The position numbers and the translations under genes were made by a program. A stretch of DNA of 63,840 bases, filler included, from Globobulimina sp. (taxonomy: Eukaryota): the NCBI GenBank assembly GCA_003354225.1. It is 41 parts of 41 records of this genome, joined end to end, with 100 filler letters (N's around TTAATTAATTAA, not from the genome) between each part and the next. Parts side by side here need not be neighbours in the genome. Positions count along the whole stretch, not along the records: positions 49,919 to 51,376 come from PIVH01016351.1; positions 51,477 to 52,934 come from PIVH01016352.1; positions 53,035 to 54,492 come from PIVH01016353.1; positions 54,593 to 56,050 come from PIVH01016354.1; positions 56,151 to 57,608 come from PIVH01016355.1; positions 57,709 to 59,166 come from PIVH01016356.1; positions 59,267 to 60,724 come from PIVH01016357.1; 34 more parts are not named here. The stretch is one strand, 5' to 3'. This document shows, one piece after another, positions 49,819-60,824 of the stretch; positions within the stretch are counted from its first letter, which is position 1, and every line of letters starts with the position of its first letter. The notes below the pieces were generated by a model. It saw nothing but the letters and a program-made list of their open reading frames with translations, searched no databases and had not been told where the DNA came from.

Positions 49819-50419
49819 NNNNNNNNNNNNNNNNNNNNNNNNNNNNNNNNNNNNNNNNNNNNTTAATTAATTAANNNNNNNNNNNNNNNNNNNNNNNNNN
49901 NNNNNNNNNNNNNNNNNNACAATATTCCGCGCATTAAATCTTTCTCTCGTTTTAATGCCTTTTTTTTTGCATTCTTTAATGACACTTTAGAATGTAACCT
50001 GGCGATTTCTTTGTCCACTTTGAGAGATTGCTGCGCAATGAAAGTAAAATGGCCATTTACAAAAGTAAGTAATACAGCTAACTCAGTTTGGAAGTTCTCC
50101 ACCTTGAGTTATAAAAGTATTATATATATATATAATTATACTATCAATAGATACATGATATACTTAACCACAGAATGTCTGTTTTCCATAATTGAGGGCG
50201 AGTGTGGGGGCGATTGCGTATGACTCGTCTTATTTTGTTGAGTTAACTGCTGAATTTGTTGAGTTAACTCTTCAATAACTGCGTCTTTTTCGGCAATAAT
50301 GTTTCGTAGATTTGTAACAACGATGGATGCGGAATATGTGTCTTTTTTAGCGCAATAGCTGTCATCACCTAAATATATATAATATTAACTATGGATATTA
50401 TATGGATCAGTAATATTAA

Positions 50420-50824
50420 CTATATACCTGTTGACAGTGATAAATCATCTGCATCTACATCACAATTTTCATGTGTATGTGCATCAGATGGAAAAGATTT
50501 TGATTGTCTCAAGACCAAACCAAATGTTTCACTTTTGTTGTGCTTTGCATCTGTTGTGCTTTGCCTCTGTGTTGTATTTGTATACTTTGATCTGTGTTGT
50601 GATTTGGAGGCTTTTCTTGAGACAACTCTTGGGCATTGACCGTATGTTGTGTTATAATCGTTCTTTGTTTTTGGTTTTTTGTATAACAAATCGAATAGGC
50701 GTATATTTTCTTGTTTAAATTTTATTGTTTTTCGGCGGTTTAAATCTCGACTGGTTTTACCATTTTTAGCTCTATGAGCAATATCGTCTTTATTCCGTTT
50801 CTTGCTCTTTTTTTGTTCAGTCAT
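50420..50824 (-). CDS. Hypothetical basic protein, probably spliced onward
   Basis: 134-aa K/R-rich ORF ending in an AT-rich intron-like stretch. Confidence 0.3.
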   Translation of the reverse strand: MTEQKKSKKRNKDDIAHRAKNGKTSRDLNRRKTIKFKQENIRLFDLLYKKPKTKNDYNTTYGQCPRVVSRKASKSQHRSKYTNTTQRQSTTDAKHNKSETFGLVLRQSKSFPSDAHTHENCDVDADDLSLSTGI

Positions 50825-52001
50825 AGCTCTTTGTGGTTATTTTGAGTTTGCTAATTTATTTTGTGTTGTTTCGAAAAAACTTTGTAGTTATCTTTGCGGT
50901 GCATTCCATCATCGACGGACAGACTTCCCTTGTAAGGAAGTCCCAAGGCAATAAAAAAAGGACTTTTTGTGAGGAACATAAGGAATTTGAGCAATTATGT
51001 AGGCAATTAACATTACGGAGTATAATCAATTATATCCTGTAATAATCCCGTTGCTGATCCAACACTACGTCAATCATGCGAACTACATCAAAATGGATAT
51101 GTATTGGAATGCACAAAATGTATTATTATTTGCGAAGATCATATTGCTTTGCTACCAATCGCCCAAAGAAAAGTTGAAAGGAGACAACTCCGCTTGCATA
51201 TAGATAGAAGAAATTATAGACAAGGAAGGGGTAGGCGTCATGTGGAGGTTCTGACGGTGAGCAAGACAGTGAGCATGAAAAAAAGGATGAGAAAGAAGAA
51301 GAAAAAGAGGATGTTGCTATTCCTGAGAATTGGAAATTTAAGATTGGAATTTAGGAATTAAGAATATTTTATATTANNNNNNNNNNNNNNNNNNNNNNNN
51401 NNNNNNNNNNNNNNNNNNNNTTAATTAATTAANNNNNNNNNNNNNNNNNNNNNNNNNNNNNNNNNNNNNNNNNNNNCTCGTTTCTTGCTTGAAAAAAGTC
51501 ACTCGAATATTGTGTTAGCCAGCGTTGGTAAGTGCTGTTAGAAGGTATTCAACATTGAATAAACAAAAAATGAGTATCAACTTTGAATACATTAAAGGGA
51601 TTTTGTTCGGCTAAAACAGTATTTAAGTGATTCGCGTTGCGTTAGAATTGTGAATTGAAAGTTTAGTGGCAAATTCAACGCAACTTATTGTGGTCATTGT
51701 TATCATTGTTGTCGCCATCTCCTCCGTTCATTGTTGTCATTGCTTTGCTATCTAAATATTTGATTGATTTCTGGAATGTGTTTATATGATTTGCTACTGT
51801 ATCACACTGAGTACGTTGTTGTACAAAAGAATGATCCGAGTGGTTAAAAATTAAAAAAGTGCAAAAAACTGTCGCCTCAGCAAAAAACTGTCGCCATCAC
51901 AGGGACTGGATGTTTCAGCAAACTGTGCAGGAAACGGACTTTCGTAGATTGAATGTATTGATTTCGTAGTGCTAAAATGTAATAAATAGTGTTGTTCAGT
52001 A

Positions 52002-52934
52002 CTAGTTGTTTAGGATGAAATCAATTATGTGCTGCACATTGAATCGACCGGGATTAAGCAATAACGTGCTGCCATTCACATTAACGTAATGATGGTAATC
52101 TGGATGCCAATGTTTGGGATTTTTAAACCACCCAATCCAACACCCAATGCTTGGGAAAATTACTTTATTCGCATTTGCAATGGCAGCTTGATCGCAAAAC
52201 GTCGATGTTGAACATAGCAATAACGGTGCATTTGCCAATCGGAAAAAGTCCATATTCAATGCTTTTGTGCCTTCACTGCCAAACGCTTTGTCGTGTTTTA
52301 TAAGTTGAACTGTGGCGTCCTTAAATAGCTCAGTAAGTGATGGTAACACTGCGTCGACAATTTGTACACATTTATAGTTGGTTTGCTGTGTTACGATCCA
52401 AACTGTTATATCAAGCTCATCGTTTTTCAAATATTTATCCCAGTCCGATTTATCCAAAGCTTGTCTGTAATACGACATTGATAAAAAACCATGTCTTTTG
52501 AGATTGGAAACCAATGCAATATCACCACATCGATAATGTATCACAATGTCTTTAGTCGAAGTAAACATTTCTTCTCTTATTTGCTGACTTGTTTTGTTAT
52601 AAATAAACAACATATATTTCTCAAATGCACTGTGTATCGATGGTATCAACACACGATTAAAATATAGCGGGTTCTCCCATAACAAGCGGAAATCGCTCAA
52701 ATATGTCAGCTGTTTCGTTTCAAACCCTTCAGAAATGGACAAATCCTCAAACTTAACATGTCTGATTATGCTGTAAACCCATTCAATTATTTCCAAATAC
52801 ATCTCCGTATTTAAAATATGTTTATAATCTGAAACAATGGAATCATTTCTTATCCTTTTATCCAAATAATTGCTCCAATATAGCCCATCATAAACATGTT
52901 GCTTATTTGTGAGTGATTTTCTGTGTTTAACAAT
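52002..52934 (-). CDS. Fucosyltransferase-like (GT11-related) protein, partial
   Basis: IVIHYRCGD, MSYY, DFFRLANAPLLLCSTSTF motifs. Confidence 0.65.
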   Translation of the reverse strand: MVKHRKSLTNKQHVYDGLYWSNYLDKRIRNDSIVSDYKHILNTEMYLEIIEWVYSIIRHVKFEDLSISEGFETKQLTYLSDFRLLWENPLYFNRVLIPSIHSAFEKYMLFIYNKTSQQIREEMFTSTKDIVIHYRCGDIALVSNLKRHGFLSMSYYRQALDKSDWDKYLKNDELDITVWIVTQQTNYKCVQIVDAVLPSLTELFKDATVQLIKHDKAFGSEGTKALNMDFFRLANAPLLLCSTSTFCDQAAIANANKVIFPSIGCWIGWFKNPKHWHPDYHHYVNVNGSTLLLNPGRFNVQHIIDFILNN

Positions 52935-53035
52935 NNNNNNNNNNNNNNNNNNNNNNNNNNNNNNNNNNNNNNNNNNNNTTAATTAATTAANNNNNNNNNN
53001 NNNNNNNNNNNNNNNNNNNNNNNNNNNNNNNNNNT

Positions 53036-54492
53036 TGGGCACAACACGAAGAATCACGCCTAACCGGCACATTATGCGACACCTTAACAAACCTCAACAT
53101 ATCCGGAGACAACGATAAATGCGGCATATTTTTGAAAAATATGGGTAGGGTCCAACAGAATCTCCAAGAAATCGACGAAATGTATTTAATTGATATGAAA
53201 GATCAATTTCTCGATCCGTTAAAACAATTTAATAACATTCAAATTAAGAAGTGCCAATCCACCAAACTAAAATTAAAAACAATTAAAGGCGAATTTGATT
53301 TGAAAAAGAAAAACGAAAATAAATTATTAAAAAGCCACTCTGAAAAAAGAACGAATTTGGAAAAAATTCATAACGCTCAATCCGCTGCAGACAAAAAATT
53401 GTCTGAATTGAAATTAGTCCGCAAAGAGTTCATTGCCTGCGTCCAAACCATGGAAATGGAGAAGTTAGAATTAGTAAATTGTATTCGTGAATATATGCTT
53501 TCCTTGGCAGCATATTCCAAAATGCATTCGGCGAACATTGCATTGCAGCACAAAATGATGAATCGTATGCCTCCAAACATGCCATCCAATGCAAGTACAA
53601 ATGCTAACGGCTTGGACTCTGACACTGAGGAATGTTATGTCAATGATTTCGATGAAATCCAAAACCAATCGACCTTGAATGACTGGAGCAAAACCTCCGT
53701 AGTGGTCAAAGAAGGTATATTTAAAAAACGAGGCGCTGTGAATAAAAGTTTCAAGCGTCGCTGGTTTAAGTTATTCACAAATAAAAAATTAACTTATTTT
53801 GAGTTAAATGACGAAGGCAATGCTCCCAATGGAATGTTACGAGGACATGCAAACCTGACCAAAATAATCAGTATTACTTCGAAAAAAAAGAAGTTGATTG
53901 AGATACAAACAAAAACAAGAAAGTATGCCGTATTTTATATTCATTCATTCATTTATTATATACATATATACATTGTTTGTAACTCGTAGATGGGTGTTTC
54001 AGTTCGAAAACAGCGAAGATAGGGATGGTTGGTACGTCGTATTCCACCAAACCTGCGTACAGCATCAGGTGAGGACCATGGCGCAAACTGCCAATGATTT
54101 CGGTGAGATGTTTGTTGGAAATGATATTATTGCGCCCTGCGCAGTTTATAACATTGCCGTGGCTGCGCCAGCTCCGGCGGCCAATGTCGATATGAATATG
54201 AATACTGATTTGCTGCAGTCCGCGTGTCATATGGACGCGAAAATGACCATTGCTCGGACGAGTTTGCATAACAAGCACAGCACGAAACGACTACAATTTA
54301 ATTATCCCAGCAAAGTTTGTAACTGCGGCATATTGAACAATGGCCATACCATTCAAATTAATATCGATTGTGAGGCCAACAAATGTTTGTTGTTTTATAA
54401 CAATTGGACCTATTTTCTAACCACTTTGTACGTGCATACTCCGGCGGAACATACTGTGGATGGCAAACGCTATGACATGGAATGTCATTTGG
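53036..54492 (+). CDS. BAR-PH-alpha-carbonic anhydrase multidomain protein, partial; intron 53923-53989
   Basis: BAR-like QFLDPLKQF...EFD; PH KEGIFKKRG...FKRRWFKL...LTYF...RDGW; alpha-CA NNGHTIQI...VHTPAEHTVDGKRYDMECHL. Confidence 0.8.
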
Positions 54493-54592
54493 NNNNNNNN
54501 NNNNNNNNNNNNNNNNNNNNNNNNNNNNNNNNNNNNTTAATTAATTAANNNNNNNNNNNNNNNNNNNNNNNNNNNNNNNNNNNNNNNNNNNN

Positions 54593-55660
54593 GGGTTCAG
54601 GTACTTTTGTCCTTTTGGCCGAACCTGAACCTGAACCTGAACCTACCTAAAATCCGAAGTACTTACCTGAAGTACTTTGCCTCGAACCCGGTTTTCAGGT
54701 TAATTTTTACATAAATCTCAGCTGTTTTTTATCAAGTTTTTAGTTTAAAATTATTATTATCTGGTTAAAAAACTGTTGAGGCAGCAAGCAGTCTTATGGT
54801 ACCTTCCCATGTGGGCGCCGATTTGATGTCATGCAATAGCTAAAACAGGGCATGTGTGCGTGAGCGCGGTGAGCGCAAAATAAATATTTCCGCTTATTCT
54901 CATAATCCGATCAAACCTAACTGACCTGGAAACAACATTAAGCTATTTCTCCAGTCCTATAGCAGAGCATTGTGGTGGTAGCAGTTAATGAAACATATTG
55001 TGGTCAGACAACTTTTATTTATGAGATCAGATTGCTGAGCAATAATTAAAAATATTGTTATGGCTAATTCGTCTAATTGTTACAGTCAATAATGGTTCGA
55101 TCGATTTTTCTCCGTACAAACATACAAGTCAGTCAGTCCCCGTGCACTACCGTTTTTTACTCAGACTTCGTGGGCGCAGTTTTTTTTGGTGTCCATGCAA
55201 TGACTAACTCATGCCCCTTGCATGAAATGAAGCGCATGTGTGTTTAAAAATTGGACAAAGAGATGAAGGAAATAAAAGAAAAGGAAGTGATGGCTTGCGC
55301 CATTTTAATATTAAATGCCCTGCCCATGGCAGCTTTCAGGTTTCAGCTCGATGCGACAATTAAATCCTCACATTAAATTTTGAACGAAAAAAATCGATTT
55401 TTCGTTTTCTGTAACCTTATAAACATTCTTGGAGTATGTATCTGCACATATTTACCATGATTTTGCGTAATTTCCTTTGAATAGTCACGTTTTTGTAGTT
55501 GTAATGATGAAATTAAAAAAATGTAAACATTGTCCATGGCGAACCTGAACCTGAACCTGAGTCCGGGTACTTTTTTAGAAAGTACTTGAACCTGAACCTG
55601 AACCTGAAAAATTTTTTTGGCTGAACCTGAACCTGAACCCATGTCAAAATTGCCGAACCT
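54593..55660. repeat. (GAACCT)n subterminal repeat blocks of MITE/hAT-like element ends
   Basis: GAACCT x4 at 54621-54644; three further blocks at 55541-55640; both clusters share GGTACTTTT and AAGTACTT. Confidence 0.6.
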
Positions 55661-56439
55661 TGCCAACAGTAGATGAAAGACCTCCAAAGGCCAAGAAAGC
55701 CAGAAAAGAAGCACTTCTCGATGATGATGACCCAAATCTAGACAGTGAAACTCCAAAAGATGATGACAATTATGCATATGCCAGGAGAGATGCATACTTG
55801 AAGGATGAAAATTTTGACACCCCTGAAGACAACATATATGAAAATTTGCAACAAAAATTGAAAGAAACTTGCAAAGATAGTTGATATTTCGATAAAATGA
55901 ACCTGTTAATGAACCTTTGGAACCCATAATACATGTCATACAGTATCATAATTAGATTATAGATTTAGTACATGTTGATATTCAGTATATAAAGCAGCCA
56001 AAACGACCAATTAATTCACAGCTTGTCGAATAATTACGAAATCGACCAATNNNNNNNNNNNNNNNNNNNNNNNNNNNNNNNNNNNNNNNNNNNNTTAATT
56101 AATTAANNNNNNNNNNNNNNNNNNNNNNNNNNNNNNNNNNNNNNNNNNNNATTGGTTCCTGCCTTTATGGCAGCAAGATATTCAGCAATCCTGAGTGTCG
56201 TGTTTGGATTTTTTCTTCTGTTGTGTATCTGAATTCTCTGCGTAATTTCGTTTCTAACATGAGGATGATAATCCTTAGAACAAAAAATCAATGAGGCTTC
56301 ATACTCTATGCTTCCCTTTTTTTTCTCTAACGTTTTTGTAAAATGTAATCTAAATATTAACGTATACAGCAATTGTTTTTCGATTGTAGCCATTATAGAT
56401 GCAAGGGATTGTGTGTGTTCCTAGTTATTTTTCGAACGG

Positions 56440-57215
56440 TCACCAGGTATCAACTCGATCCCTAAACGGCTCAAAATCACGAAAACAAGCAGTCCAAGCT
56501 TCATTGACAGCGTTCCATGCCAGTTTACCAGATCCATCCTTAGAATAACAATTGATATAATTATTAACATTCAATGCAGATTGTTTTCTGATACATCGCA
56601 ATCCGACGCCACTCATTGCTTTACTTGACTTTAGTCCTAATAAGAATGGATTGCTTCGAATGTTGCTACTTTTATCTTCTTCACTCATTTCTTGTTCAAC
56701 TTGTAACTGTCCGAATATCCCAAATGGTCCACATTCTCCACTTAACCGCGAGGCTCTTATCTCTGTACATGCTATTTCTTTACAATTATTATAATCCATT
56801 TCTATGCGACAATAATCAAATGTTAATAGTAATTCATGCAATAAATATGTTTTAAATGTATCCAAATCAGTCATTGTTCTTTCATTGTTGCTTGCTAATA
56901 TTATCTGTGTAGTTTGCACAAATATTATTATTAATAATTAACACGTTGATATTTCTTGAAAATTCATATAAATGTCACTCAACGTAAGGGGTTTGGGAGG
57001 ACTTAAATGGATGCGTTTTGTGATGAAATCCCTGCTCTTCATCCTCTGTACACATTTTACATTGAAAAAATGACTCTGTGACTGGTTGTGTTTTTGTTAT
57101 GGATTTTTATGATCGGAATTTGAAAGCAAAACAAGTTTAACTGTTACATCCATGAACACGAAGACTGTTCATTACATGCTGTACTTTTCTATCTTCTCTG
57201 ATGTAAAAACATATG
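56440..57215 (-). CDS. ATP23: Mitochondrial inner-membrane protease ATP23 (peptidase M76); introns 57141-57082 and 56983-56905
   Basis: Spliced HGCN|ITESFFQCKMC; HELLLTFDYCR, CKEIACTEIRASRLSGEC, CFRDFEPF. Confidence 0.8.
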
Positions 57216-57608
57216 TGTTTTAGAAAAGAGTCTTTATCTATTGAAAAAGATTCGACAACATCTCCATAGGTATTAAATTCAGGGTCAATTTTCATACCAA
57301 GCTTTTTTAGAATAGTCATGGATGCATTGTTTTCCACAACAGCAGCACCATAGAGTATGTCAAAATTAAGATGCTTAAAACCAAAGGTGATGCATTCCAT
57401 GGCTGCTTCCATGGCGAGACCTTTTCCCCAGGCCGTTTGTATTAATCCATACCGAATATCCACATACCTGGAATCACGTACATATTCAAGGCCACAATAT
57501 CCGATTCTTTCAGAGCTGAATTTATCGATTAGAATATAGGTACCAAATTGATGAGTCTCCCAATGTTTAATCCTGTTTGTCGCCCAGAGCCGGCTTACGG
57601 TTTTTGGG
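57216..57608 (-). CDS. RimJ/RimL-family GNAT acetyltransferase fragment (bacterial-like)
   Basis: WETHQFG, IGYCGL, IRYGL...WGKGLAMEAA, ENNASMTILKKLGM. Confidence 0.8.
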
Positions 57609-57709
57609 NNNNNNNNNNNNNNNNNNNNNNNNNNNNNNNNNNNNNNNNNNNNTTAATTAATTAANNNNNNNNNNNNNNNNNNNNNNNNNNNNNNNNNNNN
57701 NNNNNNNNG

Positions 57710-57892
57710 CCACAATGTCTGGGAGCAGAGGAATGTCCGTTGGGTCTTCAACATCCACCAAATGGCGAAGAATTCTCTATTGGATGCTCATTATGCAGAG
57801 GAACGGAATTCTTTATTCGACCACAAATTGATAATCCACCCCAAGCTAATCATAATAATGAAAATGAAGAAAAAATAAATGATGACAAATAA
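57710..57892 (+). CDS. C-terminus of a MYCBP2/PHR-like E3 ubiquitin ligase (absent from the ORF track)
   Basis: My translation: PQCLGAEECPLGLQHPPNGEEFSIGCSLCR, resembling the MYCBP2 terminal CPL...HPPxGEEF..GC..CR. Confidence 0.7.
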   Translation, partial: PQCLGAEECPLGLQHPPNGEEFSIGCSLCRGTEFFIRPQIDNPPQANHNNENEEKINDDK

Positions 57893-58241
57893 TTGCTTGC
57901 AGTGAGTCTTAAATATCTTTCTATTTAAAATGACAGTGTCAATGTTTTATAAATTTATTTAAATTTATCAGTTGTTCCCACGAAGCATAGTAATGCTCTC
58001 AAAATATATAATTGAAACTAAGACTGACGTATAGTATTTACTTTAATTTCTATTCTCGCTTGTTTGAGATATATTGTTTTCTCTACATGATCTCCTTTCA
58101 CTGTAGACACAACTATTGAGCTAATTTTCATTGTGGTGATCGGACTTCAACTTTTGGAGTTGATCGCCTACCACAATAAATTAGCAAAGTCGACCCATTG
58201 ATAGAATATACAAGTTACCAATCTATTCTGCGTAGTGATGT

Positions 58242-59075
58242 ATGGAGGCATTTTGTAACTGGACAAAAACTAAGTTAGCTAGTATGGCAATATCTTTTAA
58301 GTGCATCATAACTCTGTTATTTTTGCTTTTGATTTCTTTAACCAATGGACAAGGCGCTGGAGGTGGAGGTGATAATGATGATGGTGGCGATTGGGATGAC
58401 AGAGACAGAGACAGACGATATTACAGTTCTTCAACAGACACTGACAATTATAGTTTTAATTGGTTGTGGGTGATACCAGCAATATTCATTGGACTTATAT
58501 TTCCTGCCAAGAATGATGATAGAAATCAAAGACAAAGTGGAACTGTGCTTAGTGTGCTAGTTTCAGGTTTTATTCGTGAAAACGGAATAAATATTCCAGA
58601 TGAAATTGTTGATATGATTTGTGATTTTTATGTTTGCGAAAAGAAATTAAAGAATGATGGCTATGCTGCCCCAGCGGTACAAGAATGGTTAAAGACAGAC
58701 ACATTCATCCAAATATCGAATATTTTTGTTGATGGTGAATATAAAGGATATTATGAGCAATATGGAAGAAAGCATCAAATGACAAGTTTTCGTTTACGAT
58801 TTGAAAAGAATTTTAATTTCGTTTATGGACATGGAAATGATGAAGTTGGCAGTTATAATATTTTTGGTGAGTATAGTGCGTCAAACGGCAGAATGGCAAT
58901 TTGCAAAACATATATTGTTGGAACTGGTGATCGTAATGAGAATTTAGGTCATTCTGTTGAGGTTAGATTACAATGGAATGGATATGAAGATGTCAATAGG
59001 TTTGAAGGGAAGTGGTACATCAAAACAAAGAAATATAAAGGAACTGGCGATTGGTGCATATGGAGATGTTATTAA
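58242..59075 (+). CDS. Signal-peptide/TM protein with LVSGFIR...IPDEI motif and a C-terminal beta-barrel-like domain
   Basis: Hydrophobic leader, TM helix, GYYEQYG...GxGxDEVG.Y.I.G pattern. Confidence 0.6.
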   Translation: MEAFCNWTKTKLASMAISFKCIITLLFLLLISLTNGQGAGGGGDNDDGGDWDDRDRDRRYYSSSTDTDNYSFNWLWVIPAIFIGLIFPAKNDDRNQRQSGTVLSVLVSGFIRENGINIPDEIVDMICDFYVCEKKLKNDGYAAPAVQEWLKTDTFIQISNIFVDGEYKGYYEQYGRKHQMTSFRLRFEKNFNFVYGHGNDEVGSYNIFGEYSASNGRMAICKTYIVGTGDRNENLGHSVEVRLQWNGYEDVNRFEGKWYIKTKKYKGTGDWCIWRCY

Positions 59076-59266
59076 TTTTTCCTTGTACATACATGTGATT
59101 TATGATTTGGCTCTTTTCGTAAAAACGTTACCTTTTTGAATTGTACTCCGTTTGTTTGCTTTGATTNNNNNNNNNNNNNNNNNNNNNNNNNNNNNNNNNN
59201 NNNNNNNNNNTTAATTAATTAANNNNNNNNNNNNNNNNNNNNNNNNNNNNNNNNNNNNNNNNNNNN

Positions 59267-60381
59267 AATGGAACCATACCCAATAAAACTATCGATACAC
59301 TCAAATACAAAGCAGCTACAATGAACAACACACAATATATTGCTCTGGGAACGTCCCGTTTTGGATTGACAGTTTCTTCCGCCACAGAAGCAATTCCTTC
59401 CAATCCAACATATGCCCAAAATGCAAGACCGCTCGCTGCAAATACACCATCTATACCGTACGGCAAAAATGCATCTTTGTTCACATCCTCATCACACACA
59501 TTACCAAACTCTGGATAACCACAAGGATTTGTAAATAACTTCATATCAAATAAAAACATTCCAGACACCACAAAAAAGAATATCAAGCTCACATTCCACG
59601 TCGCAAACACGCTCATAAAATTAGCAGACGCTCTTATACCGTATGCTGAAACCAGTCCCAATATGAAAATAACAAACGGAGCCAACAGGTTTATTTCATG
59701 AATGACAGAAGAATTTGTACCGAATGTGTGGCCAAATAAATATGACGTCCATCGGTTATCATCTGTCAATGTATCAGCATCCTCATCCAATGCAATTAAG
59801 AATGATTTGAAATATCCCGTCCAACCAACTGCATTCCCACCGAGCGCAACGAAGCCACGCAAAAACGTTAAGAAACCACTGATAAATCCTATCATTTCTC
59901 CAGAAGAATAATAAGTGTACATATAGCTGCCGCCAATCACAGGGATCCGGCTCGCAAACTCAGCGTAACAAATCGCTGAGGCACCAGCTGAAATGGCACC
60001 GATTATAAATGATATAAACAAGCCAGAGCCAGCGAAATCTTTTCCTGCGGTGCCGGCTAAAACATATATCCCTGAACCAATGACCTGGCAGATCCCAAAT
60101 ACGATCAAATCCGTTAATTTTAAAACGCCTGGTTTAAGTTTCGCTTTTTGAGAGCTCGAGGACAGATTTGCATTGTCCGCATCATGATGTCTTTGTGTGG
60201 CTGGTGTTGATGTTTCATAATTGGAATGTAATGAATTAGATAATGCGTTTGATGCAGAATCCGTTGGATCTGCTGCTTGTTCTGCTTCTTCGTGCGATTC
60301 GTAGCGAGCGGATGCTGCGACCATATCAGATTCACTCAACCTGCGAAATATTCGATGCTTTAAACTGTTTTTAAATGACAT
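59267..60381 (-). CDS. APC-superfamily cationic amino acid transporter (SLC7/CAT-like), 3' partial
   Basis: VIGSGIYVLAG, CYAEFASRIP..GGSYMY, FWAYVGLE...EE..NPKRDVP. Confidence 0.92.
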
Positions 60382-60824
60382 GGAGCTCAGAGAGAGTTTT
60401 TCGAATTAAGAATGTTGCCCAACTGCTGTGGTTGTAGCTAGTAGCTGTGTGTCAATGGCAACAGAAGAAAAAAAAGAATATGTTGTGTTCAAAGATATGT
60501 GTTCAGATAAAGACAAATGCCATAGAAATGAAAACAGAGAAAATGTCGACAGGAAGCAGAGAAAAATCAAAAACAAAATCAAAATCAGGGACTGGCTCAA
60601 ATACAAAATCAGGGACAGGGATACAGACAAAATCAGCACATACCAAATCTGCGACAGGTACAATACAGACAATAACCACAATTACAAAAACTAAATCAAA
60701 AAATAATACTAACACTGTTCCAAANNNNNNNNNNNNNNNNNNNNNNNNNNNNNNNNNNNNNNNNNNNNTTAATTAATTAANNNNNNNNNNNNNNNNNNNN
60801 NNNNNNNNNNNNNNNNNNNNNNNN

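Noticed and set aside
51860-51910. GCAAAAAACTGTCGCC direct repeat followed by ATCACAGGGACTGG as a transposon end
   Set aside because: Only two copies and no matching opposite end in the contig.
55373-55939. 188-aa ORF with GSGSGS/QVQVQV/RFRFRF repeats
   Set aside because: It is the translation of the GAACCT DNA repeats, not a credible protein.
60560-60700. AAAATCA-based repeats as a regulatory array
   Set aside because: Consistent with a Thr/Lys/Ser low-complexity coding repeat (TKSGTG); irregular units and no spacer structure.
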